Positions 32,618-41,906 of a stretch of 64,000 nucleotides of DNA are shown here, piece after piece. The stretch is from Caulobacterales bacterium (GTDB lineage: Bacteria; Pseudomonadota; Alphaproteobacteria; Caulobacterales; Caulobacteraceae). Numbering within the stretch: position 1 is the first letter of the stretch; each line of letters starts with the position of its first letter. The position numbers and the translations under genes were made by a program. The stretch spans positions 625 to 64,624 of the forward strand of contig JBBSCK010000001.1 in NCBI GenBank assembly GCA_038250335.1, in the 5' to 3' direction. The notes beneath the pieces were generated by a model. That model had not been told where the DNA came from, did not search any database, and worked only from the letters and a program-made list of their open reading frames with translations.

Positions 32618-33331
32618 TCAATCCGCCCGCAAAGGCTCGTCTCCCGGGTCTTCGTCTGACCCGCGCCCGCCGTCGGATCCCACATCCTCTCCCTCGCCGC
32701 GCTCGTGCGTCGAGGGATGATCCAGGTCCCATTCCGGGGGACGGAGCGGTCGAAATCCCGCCAATCGCGAGGCCTCCTGGCCCCAGCGATCCGCCCGCCC
32801 TCCGGCGAGCAGGACGGCGTGTATCGCATTTTCCAGCCCGAGGGCCAAACTCAAATCATCCGCGCTGAAAGCGCCGCTGATCCGGGTCGTCTGATGCCGG
32901 GCGAGGGCGAGCAGTTTGCCGCGCCCGTCGGGCGCGCCGTCTCTCGCCTCGACCAGCCAGGCGGCCTTGCCGGAGCGGATCGCCGCGGCCGATTTCTCGA
33001 AGCCGGAGATAAGCACGCCCTCGCGCCGGGCAAGACCCAACTGGTCCAGACAGCGCCGGACCAGCTGGACCTCAACCACATCGGCGAGGTCAGGCGTCGG
33101 TTTCAGCGGGGCCTTGGCCGAGCGCGAGAACAGGTTTTTCTTCACAGCCGCATCGACGGAGGCGCGAGACGCCTCCACCCACATGCCGCGACCGGGCAGT
33201 TTGCGACCGAGGTCGGGGGCGACGGCACCGTCCGGCCCGGCGACGAAGCGGATCAGTCGAGATTCATCCATCGCCTGGTGGGTGACCAGGTCCCGGCGCT
33301 CCCTATCGATCGTCGCGTCGCGCAGGCTCAT
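32618..33331 (-). CDS. YlxR (DUF448) RNA-binding protein fused to an L7Ae/YlxQ-like domain, with an acidic tail
   Basis: LIRFVAGPDGAVAPDLGRKLPGRGMWVEASRASVDAAVKKNLFSRSAK is the DUF448 pattern. It is followed by GLARREGVLISGFEKSAAAIRSGKAAWLVEARDGAPDG, which is L7Ae-like. The nusA-ylxR-infB position is conserved. Confidence 0.85.
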   Translation of the reverse strand: MSLRDATIDRERRDLVTHQAMDESRLIRFVAGPDGAVAPDLGRKLPGRGMWVEASRASVDAAVKKNLFSRSAKAPLKPTPDLADVVEVQLVRRCLDQLGLARREGVLISGFEKSAAAIRSGKAAWLVEARDGAPDGRGKLLALARHQTTRISGAFSADDLSLALGLENAIHAVLLAGGRADRWGQEASRLAGFRPLRPPEWDLDHPSTHERGEGEDVGSDGGRGSDEDPGDEPLRAD

Positions 33332-33346
33332 GGACAGTGCACCGCA

Positions 33347-35101
33347 TCACGCGTCGGGGGTCGGCTCGAGGTCGTCGACCCCGGCGTCATCGGCGACTTC
33401 GGGCGCGTCACCGGCACCCGCGTCCGGCGCGGCCTCAAACACGGCCTCGGCGTCGTACTCACCCTCGGCGAACTCAGCCTCTTCCTCGTATTCAGGCTCG
33501 GGCGGCAGCGGCAGTTCGGAAGCGTCGATCCAGCCGGCCGCGACCCGCGCCTGAAGGATCAGCATCTCGGCGTCCTCCTGGGCCAGATTGAAGCTCTCCA
33601 GCACGCCCGGGACCTTCACCCGTTCACCGTTCTTCATCTCATGGCCGCCGCGGATTTCATCGGTGGCCAGATCGGCCAGATCCTCGACAGTCTTGATGCC
33701 GCCCTCGCCCAGCGCCACGGCGATGGCGCCGGTCACGCCCGGAACAGCCATAACGGCGTCCTCGACGCCCAGCTCGATGCGTCTGGCATCCAGGATCGCG
33801 GCCTGACGCTCGAGATAGTCCCGCGCGCGGGCCTGCAGCTCCTCGGCCGTATCCTCGTCGAAGCCCTCGATCTCGGCGACCTCATAGTTGTCGACGAAGG
33901 CCAGATCCTCGATCGTGGCAAAGCCCTCGGTGACCAGCAGCTGGGCGATGACCTCGTCGACGTCGAGGGCTTCCTGGAACAGGGTGGTGCGTTCCGAAAA
34001 CTCGCGCTGACGGCGCTCGGAGTCCTGGCTCTCGGTGATGATGTCGATCTGCCAGCCGGTCAGCTGGGAGGCGAGGCGCACGTTCTGGCCGCGACGGCCG
34101 ATGGCCAGCGACAGCTGTTCGTCGGGCACCACGACCTCGACCCGGTCGGCTTCCTCGTCCAGCACCACCTTGGACACTTCAGCGGGCGCCAGCGCATTCA
34201 CGATGAAGGTCGGCTCGTCCGGGTTCCACTGGATGATGTCAATCTTCTCACCCTGCAGCTCGGCCACCACCGCCTGCACGCGCGAGCCGCGCATGCCGAC
34301 GCAGGCCCCGACGGGATCGATGGAGGAGTCGTTCGACAGCACGGCCATCTTGGCACGCGAGCCGGCGTCGCGGGCGGCGGCGCGGATCTCGATCACGCCG
34401 TCGTAGACTTCGGGGACTTCCTGAGCGAACAGCTTGGCCATGAAGCCCGGGTGGGCGCGGCTCAGCATGATCTGCGGGCCTTTGGCCTCTGGCCGGACGT
34501 CATAGATGTAGGTGCGGATCCGGTCGCCGATGTTGAACACCTCGCGCGGGATCGACTGGTCGCGGCGCATGATGCCCTCGCCCCGGCCGAGGTCGACGAT
34601 GGTATTGCCGTATTCGACGCGCTTGACGGTGCCGTTGACGATCTCGCCGACGCGGTCCTTGAACTCCTCATACTGGTTGGCGCGCTCGGCCTCGCGGACC
34701 TTTCCGGTGATGACCTGACGGGCCATCTGGGTCTGGACCCGGCCGAACTCGAACGGCGGCAGGTCCTCGACATATTCCTTGCCGACCACGGCTTCGGGAT
34801 CGCGCTTGGATGCATCGGTCAGGCGGACCATGGCCGAGTCGTTGAACTCTTCCAGCTCATCTTCCGGCATCCAGTCGTCCTCGACGATGGTGACGTGACG
34901 GGTCAGGGCCAGTTCGCCGGTCTTGGGATCGATCTTGGCGCGGATGTCGTGATGGGCCCCGTAGCGCGACTTGGCGCCCTTCTGGATCGCTTCTTCCAGG
35001 GCCTCGACCACGATCTCGCGGTCGATGTTCTTTTCCTGGGCGACCGCATTGGCAATCTGCAGAAGTTCCAGGCGATTGGCGGAAATACCGGTCACGGCCA
35101 T
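33347..35101 (-). CDS. nusA: transcription termination/antitermination factor NusA
   Basis: N-terminal domain, S1 ([18 protein letters not shown]) and two KH domains ([31 protein letters not shown]), then AR repeats and a very acidic tail. The ATG overlaps the rimP stop by 1 nt. Confidence 0.97.
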   Translation of the reverse strand: MAVTGISANRLELLQIANAVAQEKNIDREIVVEALEEAIQKGAKSRYGAHHDIRAKIDPKTGELALTRHVTIVEDDWMPEDELEEFNDSAMVRLTDASKRDPEAVVGKEYVEDLPPFEFGRVQTQMARQVITGKVREAERANQYEEFKDRVGEIVNGTVKRVEYGNTIVDLGRGEGIMRRDQSIPREVFNIGDRIRTYIYDVRPEAKGPQIMLSRAHPGFMAKLFAQEVPEVYDGVIEIRAAARDAGSRAKMAVLSNDSSIDPVGACVGMRGSRVQAVVAELQGEKIDIIQWNPDEPTFIVNALAPAEVSKVVLDEEADRVEVVVPDEQLSLAIGRRGQNVRLASQLTGWQIDIITESQDSERRQREFSERTTLFQEALDVDEVIAQLLVTEGFATIEDLAFVDNYEVAEIEGFDEDTAEELQARARDYLERQAAILDARRIELGVEDAVMAVPGVTGAIAVALGEGGIKTVEDLADLATDEIRGGHEMKNGERVKVPGVLESFNLAQEDAEMLILQARVAAGWIDASELPLPPEPEYEEEAEFAEGEYDAEAVFEAAPDAGAGDAPEVADDAGVDDLEPTPDA

Positions 35102-35706
35102 CAGGCGTCGTCCTCAGGATGGGTCTTGGGGGTCGTTGCGTTGTTGCGGTCTTCGGGTGCCCCGGCGGGGAGCCCGTCGTCTTCGGGTTCGCCCCGCGCG
35201 GCGCGGATTGCGGCCCCGCGCTTCAGCAGGGCGTCGTTCATGACCAGTTTGGCGTCTACCAGCCAGTCGAATGGGATCAAGGCGGTGTCATCCTCGCCGT
35301 CCAGATCGATGGCGATGTTGTCGCCGTCGATGCCGGCCAGAATGCCCTTGAAGCGTTTGCGCCCCTCGATCATCCGGTCAGATTCCAGCCGCGCCTCCAG
35401 CCCCTCGAACAGGTCGAAATCCTTGAGCCGGGTCAAGGGCCGGTCGATACCGGGCGAGGAGACTTCCAGAAGATATTCGCCGGCGATCGGATCAGCGGCG
35501 TCCAGCACCTCCGACATGGCACGGCTCAGGCGCGCGCATTCGCCGACGTCGATGTCATTGTCGGCCGGTCGCTCGGCCATGACCTGGAGCCGGCGCCGCA
35601 GGGTACCACCCATCAGGCGCACGCGCACAATGCTGAGGCCGATGGATTCCGCGACGGGATCGATCAGCTCCAGGATCTGGCGGTCTTCGACGGTCTTGGC
35701 GCGCAA
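35101..35706 (-). CDS. rimP: ribosome maturation factor RimP
   Basis: [25 protein letters not shown] aligns with the E. coli RimP N-terminus ([25 protein letters not shown]), and [12 protein letters not shown] is present. Start placed at TTG 35706, because the upstream part of ORF 35101..35853 is occupied by an intrinsic terminator. Confidence 0.8.
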   Translation of the reverse strand: MRAKTVEDRQILELIDPVAESIGLSIVRVRLMGGTLRRRLQVMAERPADNDIDVGECARLSRAMSEVLDAADPIAGEYLLEVSSPGIDRPLTRLKDFDLFEGLEARLESDRMIEGRKRFKGILAGIDGDNIAIDLDGEDDTALIPFDWLVDAKLVMNDALLKRGAAIRAARGEPEDDGLPAGAPEDRNNATTPKTHPEDDA

Positions 35707-35726
35707 GGTGGGTCTGGTATCCGGGC

Positions 35727-35761
35727 AAAAGAAAAAGCGGTCGGCCTCCACGGCCGCCGCT
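35727..35761 (-). terminator. intrinsic terminator in the leader about 20 nt upstream of the rimP start
   Basis: Minus strand: AGCGGCGGCC-GUGGA-GGCCG(A)CCGCU, 10 bp with one bulge, followed by UUUUCUUUU. Plus-strand A-run at 35727-35736 and stem at 35736-35761. Confidence 0.6.
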
Positions 35762-35925
35762 TTGAACGACGCCGTTGGACGCCGGTCTAACGATGTGGGA
35801 CGCCCTATAGCCGCCTCTCCGCCAAAGGGAAAGGGGCGAGCCGCCCGGTCCACCGCTTGCCGTCCAGCGTTGATGGGTGCGCCTGCCGCCGAAGCCCGCG
35901 GTCCGCTGGGTGCGACGGGGGCGGA

Positions 35926-36375
35926 CTATCGCCCGGTGGAGCCGAAGCCGCCGGTGCCGCGCGCCGTCTCGTCAAGATCCTCCACCTCGACGACGCTGGC
36001 CTGGGCCACCGCCGCCACGACCATCTGCGCGATCCGCTCGCCGCGACGAACGACGAAGGGCTCGCGGCCCAGATTGACCAGGATCACGCCCACTTCCCCG
36101 CGATAGTCGCTGTCGATGGTGCCGGGCGTGTTCAGGCAGGTGATGCCGTGCTTGAGCGCAAGGCCCGAGCGGGGGCGCACCTGGGCCTCCCATCCCGTCT
36201 CCAGCGCGATCTTCAGGCCGGTGGGGATCAGGGCCCGCGCGCCCGGCTCAAGCGTCACTGGCGCGTCTTCAGGTACAGCGGCCCGCAGGTCCATTCCGGC
36301 CGATCCGGCCGTCTCATAGGCAGGCAGGGCCAGGTCCCCGGCATGAGGCAGGCGCAGGATACGAAGGGTGGTCAC
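35926..36375 (-). CDS. dut: dUTP diphosphatase
   Basis: [34 protein letters not shown] and RIAQMV...[12 protein letters not shown] are dUTPase motifs 1-5. GTG start. Confidence 0.95.
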   Translation of the reverse strand: MTTLRILRLPHAGDLALPAYETAGSAGMDLRAAVPEDAPVTLEPGARALIPTGLKIALETGWEAQVRPRSGLALKHGITCLNTPGTIDSDYRGEVGVILVNLGREPFVVRRGERIAQMVVAAVAQASVVEVEDLDETARGTGGFGSTGR

Positions 36376-36385
36376 TCAGTCTCTC

Positions 36386-37621
36386 TCAGGATTTCGGTGC
36401 GAAACGGGTGGCGATGCGGTCGGCAAGGCGCGCGGCCACCTCGGTCTTGGACAGACGGGGCCAGGCCTCGGCCCCCTCGGCCGTCACCAGCAGCACGGTG
36501 TTGCCGTCGGCCCCGAACACATCGGCAGAGACGTCATTGCCGACGATCCAGTCACAGCCCTTGCGCGACCGCTTGGCCCGGGCATTGGCCTCCAGATCGG
36601 TCGTCTCGGCGGCAAAGCCCACGACGAGACCGGGCCGCAAGGGTCCGGGCGCGGCCAGCCCCGCCAGGATGTCCGGGTTCTCGATCAGGCTCAGGGTCGG
36701 AGGACCGCCCGGCCCCTTTTTGATCTTGCCGCCGGCGATCGTGTCCACCCGCCAGTCCGCCACGGCGGCGCTGAGCACCGCGATGTCGGCGGGAAGCGCG
36801 CCCTGGGTCGCCGCCTGCATCTGCAACCCGGTCTCGACCTCGATGCGGCTCACACCCGGCGGGGCGGCCAGCCCGGTCGGACCGGACACCAGCGTCACCT
36901 CAGCCCCGCGTTCGGCAAGGGCGGCGGCGATGGCATAGCCCTGTTTGCCGCTCGACCGGTTGGTCAGGCCCCGCACCGGGTCGATCGGCTCGAAAGTGGG
37001 ACCCGCCGTCACCACGGCGCGCCGTCCGGCCAGCGGCCGGTGCTCAGGCCCGGCCAGAAAACCGGTGATCGCCTCCAGAATCGCCGCAGGCTCTGCCATC
37101 CGGCCCGGGCCGAACTCGCCACAGGCCATCTCGCCCTCGTCCGGCCCCACGACGGCCATGCCGTGAAAGCCCGGAAAACCCGCCAGCCGGGCCACATTGC
37201 CCTGCACCGCTGGATGCAGCCACATCCGCACATTCATCGCCGGGGCCAGCAGCACCCGCTTGTCGGTGGCCAGCAGGGTCGTGGACGCGAGATCGTCGGC
37301 CAGGCCGTTCGCGGCCTTGCCAATCAGACCTGCCGTCGCCGGGGCGACGACCACCAGATCGGCCCAGCGCGACAACTCGATATGACCCATGGTCGTCTCG
37401 TCATCGGGCAGGAACAGCCCCGTCCGCACCGGATGGCCTGTCAGCGACGCCAGCGACAGCGGGGTGACGAAGGCGGCCCCGCTGTCGGTCAGCACGGCCC
37501 GGACCTCGGCTCCGGCCTTCTTCAGCAGCCGCACGAGTTCCAGAGCCTTGTAGGCTGCGATGCCGCCGCCCACGATCAGCAGGATCTTGCGGTGGGTCAG
37601 AACGGGGCTGGACATCGCCAC
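36386..37621 (-). CDS. coaBC: bifunctional phosphopantothenoylcysteine decarboxylase / phosphopantothenate--cysteine ligase
   Basis: ILLIVGGGIAAYKALELVRLL flavoprotein N-domain, PAMNVRMW, and the CoaB domain FEPIDPVRGLTNRSSGKQGYAIA. Confidence 0.95.
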   Translation of the reverse strand: MAMSSPVLTHRKILLIVGGGIAAYKALELVRLLKKAGAEVRAVLTDSGAAFVTPLSLASLTGHPVRTGLFLPDDETTMGHIELSRWADLVVVAPATAGLIGKAANGLADDLASTTLLATDKRVLLAPAMNVRMWLHPAVQGNVARLAGFPGFHGMAVVGPDEGEMACGEFGPGRMAEPAAILEAITGFLAGPEHRPLAGRRAVVTAGPTFEPIDPVRGLTNRSSGKQGYAIAAALAERGAEVTLVSGPTGLAAPPGVSRIEVETGLQMQAATQGALPADIAVLSAAVADWRVDTIAGGKIKKGPGGPPTLSLIENPDILAGLAAPGPLRPGLVVGFAAETTDLEANARAKRSRKGCDWIVGNDVSADVFGADGNTVLLVTAEGAEAWPRLSKTEVAARLADRIATRFAPKS

Positions 37622-37726
37622 GGTCTAGCCGTCGACGACCGCTCCGTCGAGCGACCGCGAGAAGAACATTGCATGAACACGTAACCTGTGTCTAACATCG
37701 TTCGATGGATTTCACAGGAGGGTGCG

Positions 37727-38230
37727 ATGAGGGTCTGGACGATCACGGGCGTTGCGCTGACGGCGCTGATCGGGCTCGGGGGCTGTGGCGACGGGGACTC
37801 GGCCGTCGAGACCCGGGACCGGGCGGCGGGTTTGTCGGGGGTGACCCTGCCCGCTTCGGCCGCGACCGGTGCGGCCACGGCACCATCGAACGCGGTGGCC
37901 GAAAGGACAGCCCTCACTGCCAACCGGCGCGAGACCGTCAATGAAAAGATTGTGCGGCTGTACGAACGCAACGGGGCCGATTTCGACGCGCGATCCGCAG
38001 GCGACTTTCTGGACAAGGTGACCGCTTTCACAACGCGACCGCCCTCCGGAACGGAGACCGTGACCCGGCCCAACGGCGACAGCCTGATGTATCAGGCTGC
38101 GACCAACACCTTTGCGGTCGTGGCGCGGGACGGTACGCCCCGCACCATGTTCAAGCCGGACAACGGGGCCGCCTACTGGGCGGAACAGAAGGCGGCGGCC
38201 CCGACATTCGGACAGCGGCGGCCCGACTGA
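37727..38230 (+). CDS. hypothetical lipoprotein
   Basis: ORF trimmed to MRVWTITGVALTALIGLGGC (lipobox). A strong AGGAGGG Shine-Dalgarno lies 6 nt upstream of the ATG at 37727. No family recognised. Confidence 0.6.
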   Translation: MRVWTITGVALTALIGLGGCGDGDSAVETRDRAAGLSGVTLPASAATGAATAPSNAVAERTALTANRRETVNEKIVRLYERNGADFDARSAGDFLDKVTAFTTRPPSGTETVTRPNGDSLMYQAATNTFAVVARDGTPRTMFKPDNGAAYWAEQKAAAPTFGQRRPD

Positions 38231-38256
38231 CGTCGTCTCGATTGACCCAAGGCCGG

Positions 38257-38670
38257 TCAGACTTCGGTATCGGGCTTTCCGGCCATTTCGCGGATCAGTT
38301 CCAGCGCCAGTTTCTGCTGGCGGCTCGATAGCCGGGGGGCCAGGCGGGAAATTTCGATAGTGTAGCGGGTCGAGGGGAAATCGTGGTCAAACCCCGCCCC
38401 CTCGCCTTCCGCCATTCCGGGTTGATCTGCATTCAGGCCCTGGAAGAAGTAGCCGATGTCCACCTTGAAGAAGCGGGCAATGTCCCACAGTTTCGACGCC
38501 GAGATCCGGTTGGCGCCCTTTTCATATTTTTGAATCTGCTGGAAGGTCAGCCCCAGCGCCCGACCCAGATCGCTCTGGTTGTAGCCAAGGCTGATGCGCT
38601 TCTCGCATACCCGTCTTCCCACATGACGGTCCACTGGATGGGGTCCGTCCTCGCCGACACCTCTAGCCAT
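38257..38670 (-). CDS. XRE-family helix-turn-helix transcriptional regulator
   Basis: HVGRRVCEKRISLGYNQSDLGRALGLTFQQIQKYEKGANRISASKLWDIARFF is the common alphaproteobacterial Cro/C1-type HTH pattern. Start at ATG 38670 (checked). Confidence 0.8.
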   Translation of the reverse strand: MARGVGEDGPHPVDRHVGRRVCEKRISLGYNQSDLGRALGLTFQQIQKYEKGANRISASKLWDIARFFKVDIGYFFQGLNADQPGMAEGEGAGFDHDFPSTRYTIEISRLAPRLSSRQQKLALELIREMAGKPDTEV

Positions 38671-38891
38671 GTCTCGTCTGTCGCCACTTCTATTAGAACG
38701 TGACCGTTCCAATGCACCCGTCTGCACAGACTGTCATTCAAATTCCGGGAAATAGCGATTACGCGAGCGCACGTTCGTCTGAGAACAACCGTTTAGTGGT
38801 TCTGGCGAAGGCGTGAAGCCGGTGCCAGGCCGTGGTCCCGACCCGGGGCGAAAGTCCCCGGAGCAGCCAGACGCGACCGGGTCCGTCGCTG

Positions 38892-40469
38892 CTACCGGCC
38901 CCTCCGCGCGGCCAGGATGGCAGGGACAAGACCGGCCAGCACCAGAAACCAGAAGAACAGGTCCCCGAACCGTCCGTAGGGGGTGATTCCGATGGGGTGG
39001 GGCAGGCGAGCGTCGATCACCCCGCTCTCTCCGGAGTCCAGCCGCTGGTCGCCGATCACCCGTCCCCAGGGATCGATCATGGCCGAGACCCCCGTGGGCG
39101 TCGCCCGGACCACCGGAAGGCCGGTCTCGATGGCGCGGTAGCTGGCCAGGTTCAGGTGCTGGATCGGTCCCGAGGTGGCCCCGAACCAGGCGTCGTTCGA
39201 GACGTTGACGATCCAGTCCGGTCGACCGTGCGCGCCCGGAGTGAAGCCAGGATAAAGGCTTTCGTAGCAGATCAGGGGCTGGACTGGCGGCGCGTTCGGG
39301 ACCGTGATCGGGCCGGGGCGCGGACCGGGGCTGAAGTCGGAGGGCATATGCACCAGGCTGCGCACTCCGAGGGCGCTCATCAGCCCGCCCAGCGGCAGGA
39401 ATTCTCCAAACGGCACCAGCCTGTATTTGTCGTAGACGGCCGCGACCCGCAGTCCCGGCCCGCCCTCGTCAGCCAGGGCGATCAGACTGTTGTGGTAAAG
39501 CGCGCGACCGTCCGGGCCACGCTCGGCGCGCGCCAGTCCGGCGAGCAGGGTCTGGCCCGGCCGCACGGCGCGGGCAATGGCCTCCCCGTCCAGTGAGCCG
39601 GGCGCGAACACATCGTTGAAACTGGCCGGCAGGGCCCCCTCGGGCCAGACCACGACGTCCGGCACGGCTGCCCCCTGGCGTGCCGTCAGATTGACATAGC
39701 GGTCGACGATCGAGCGATAGGCCTCGGGCGTCCATTTCGATTCCTGCTGAACATCCGCCTGAATGATCCGCACGAGGGTGGTCGTCTCGCGTACTTCCGC
39801 CGCCTCCAGCCGCAGCGCGCCGCCGACCACAAGGGCGGCGAGGGCGGCCAGGCCTGCGAGGGCGACGCCGGCCCGCGCCTTGCGGGGACCGGGAGTGACC
39901 AGCACGCCGGGGGCGCAGACGGCCGCAACGGTTATCACGCCGAGCCCATAGACCCCGACAACGGCCGCGAACTGCGATCCTGCCGATCCGGCGGCCCAGC
40001 TGGCCCCGGCCGGGTTCCAGGGAAAGCCGGTCAGGACGTGGCCTCTCAGCCATTCGAACAGCCCGAACAGGGCGGCGAAGACCACGACCCGGACGAGCCC
40101 TGCAGGCGCGAACCGCCGGTAGAGCGCGGTCGCAGCACCCCAGAACAGACCAATGCCGGCCGGCAGCAGGCTGGCCGCAAAGGGGGCCATCCAGGCCTGG
40201 GCCGGATTGACCAGAAAGGCCTCGGCTACCCACCAGCAGCCGACGGCAAAATAGCCGAACCCAGCCAGCCAGCCCATCCAGAAGGAGCCACGGATCGAGC
40301 TCGACCGCTCGCCCAGAAGCATCAGCAGCGGATAGCCGAGCAGGCCTGGCAGGAACCCGAACGGAGGATGGGCCAGCGCCGCCGCGATTCCGGCAATCAG
40401 CGCAAGCGCCATCCGGCCGAGACGGCCGCTCAGGGCCGCGCGCAGGGGGGTCGCAAGGTCATCCGTCAT
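38892..40469 (-). CDS. lnt: apolipoprotein N-acyltransferase
   Basis: Polytopic N-terminal half plus a CN-hydrolase domain (VRIIQADVQQESKW, VVWPEGALP, ICYESLYP). Start at ATG 40469 overlaps the ybeY 3' end by 11 nt. Confidence 0.9.
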   Translation of the reverse strand: MTDDLATPLRAALSGRLGRMALALIAGIAAALAHPPFGFLPGLLGYPLLMLLGERSSSIRGSFWMGWLAGFGYFAVGCWWVAEAFLVNPAQAWMAPFAASLLPAGIGLFWGAATALYRRFAPAGLVRVVVFAALFGLFEWLRGHVLTGFPWNPAGASWAAGSAGSQFAAVVGVYGLGVITVAAVCAPGVLVTPGPRKARAGVALAGLAALAALVVGGALRLEAAEVRETTTLVRIIQADVQQESKWTPEAYRSIVDRYVNLTARQGAAVPDVVVWPEGALPASFNDVFAPGSLDGEAIARAVRPGQTLLAGLARAERGPDGRALYHNSLIALADEGGPGLRVAAVYDKYRLVPFGEFLPLGGLMSALGVRSLVHMPSDFSPGPRPGPITVPNAPPVQPLICYESLYPGFTPGAHGRPDWIVNVSNDAWFGATSGPIQHLNLASYRAIETGLPVVRATPTGVSAMIDPWGRVIGDQRLDSGESGVIDARLPHPIGITPYGRFGDLFFWFLVLAGLVPAILAARRGR

Positions 40470-40920
40470 GCGGCAGCGTGTATGGGTCGGCGACCCCCAG
40501 CCTGGCAAGCAGCGTCCGTTCCTCGGCCTCCATCGCCTCGGCCTCGGCCTCGATCACGTGGTCACGACCCAGCAGGTGAAGAACCCCGTGGATGACCAGA
40601 TGGGTCAGATGGTTCGACAGCGACTTGCCCTGGGCCTGGGCCTCGGCGGCGCAGACCCCATAGGCCAGGACGATATCCCCCAACGGCACGGACCCCCCGG
40701 TGTCGGGCAGGAGCGCCGCCGGAAAGGACAGCACATTGGTCGGGCGGTCCTGGTCCCGGAACCGCGCATTCAGGTCCCGGACCGTGGCGTTGTCTGTCAG
40801 CAGAACGACCACGCCCCGGATCTGGTCGCCCAGCGCCACTACGGCGGCGCGTTCGACCACGGCTTCGACATCGTCGACAGACCCGGTCCAGTCGCCGGCC
40901 TCGACCTCGACCTCGATCAT
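40459..40920 (-). CDS. ybeY: rRNA maturation RNase YbeY
   Basis: Zinc motif HLVIHGVLHLLGRDH, and typical RFRDQDRPTNVLSFP. Confidence 0.95.
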   Translation of the reverse strand: MIEVEVEAGDWTGSVDDVEAVVERAAVVALGDQIRGVVVLLTDNATVRDLNARFRDQDRPTNVLSFPAALLPDTGGSVPLGDIVLAYGVCAAEAQAQGKSLSNHLTHLVIHGVLHLLGRDHVIEAEAEAMEAEERTLLARLGVADPYTLPHDG

Positions 40921-41906
40921 GCGGCGGCCGGGTCCTCAAGGTCGGGCGTGGGACGGCCGCGGATCGCATCGGCGTCATAGGCCCGCACGATCCGCTCGAC
41001 CATGGCGTGGCGCACCACATCCTGGGCCTCGAACTCCAGAACCCCGACGCCCTTGACGTCGCGCAGGATGCGCAGGGCGTGGGCCAGACCGGAATCGCGC
41101 GGATTCAGCAGATCGATCTGCGACGGGTCGCCGGTCACCACCATGCGGGCCCCCTCGCCCAGACGGGTCAGGACCATCTTCATCTGCAACCGGCTGGTGT
41201 TCTGGGCCTCGTCGACGATGACAAAGGCGTGGCTGAGGGTGCGGCCACGCATGAAGGCGATGGGGGCCGCCTCGATCTCGCCCTTGTCGCGGCGGCGCTG
41301 CACGTCCTCGGCCCCGAGGATATCGTTCAGCGCCTCCCAGATCGGGGCCAGATAGGGGTCGACCTTCTCGTTCAGGTCGCCGGGCAGGAAGCCCAGCTTC
41401 TCGCCCGCCTCCACGGCCGGGCGGGTGATGACCAGCCGGTCGACCTGTCCGCGGCGCAGCAGCGACGCGCCGTAGGCGGCGGCGAGGAAGGTCTTGCCGG
41501 TCCCCGCCGGACCGACGCCGAAGGACAGCTCGCAGCTCGCGAGGGTCTCCAGATAGCGGGCCTGGGCGTTGGTCTTGGGCACGATGGCCCCGCGCTTGCC
41601 GACCGGCAGGGTCATGGGGTCGTTGATCGAGGCCTTGCCGCCGCCGCCCCGGGCCAGACCGATGCCGGCGCGGACGTCGGCCTCATTGACTTCGGCGCCC
41701 TTTTCCGCCCGGGTGACCAGACCGGCGATGACGGCCTTCGCGTTGGCCCGGTCGCGCGCGCCACCGTTGATCGACACCCCCCCACCCGGGGCCTCGATCA
41801 GCACCTTGAAGGCGTCCTCGATCAGGGCGACGTGGCGGCTGTTGGGCCCGATGACGGCGCGGAGCGCGTGATCGTCGAGAGCCAGGAATTCCGATTCACG
41901 CGCCAT
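40917..41906 (-). CDS. PhoH-family ATPase (YbeZ)
   Basis: Walker [47 protein letters not shown]. Start at ATG 41906 (checked), overlapping the miaB end. Confidence 0.9.
   Translation of the reverse strand: MARESEFLALDDHALRAVIGPNSRHVALIEDAFKVLIEAPGGGVSINGGARDRANAKAVIAGLVTRAEKGAEVNEADVRAGIGLARGGGGKASINDPMTLPVGKRGAIVPKTNAQARYLETLASCELSFGVGPAGTGKTFLAAAYGASLLRRGQVDRLVITRPAVEAGEKLGFLPGDLNEKVDPYLAPIWEALNDILGAEDVQRRRDKGEIEAAPIAFMRGRTLSHAFVIVDEAQNTSRLQMKMVLTRLGEGARMVVTGDPSQIDLLNPRDSGLAHALRILRDVKGVGVLEFEAQDVVRHAMVERIVRAYDADAIRGRPTPDLEDPAAA

Noticed and set aside
35707-35925. Possible tRNA-fMet (metY-like) gene upstream of rimP, as in E. coli
   Set aside because: There is no cloverleaf. No GGTTCGAATCC-type T-arm or anticodon stem can be drawn in the spacer.
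32705-36106. 1133-aa plus-strand ORF spanning the ylxR, nusA, rimP and dut regions
   Set aside because: It runs antisense to four unmistakable housekeeping genes. Its translation is Arg/Gly/Ala/Asp-rich low-complexity sequence with no motifs, typical of stop-codon-poor antisense frames in high-GC DNA.
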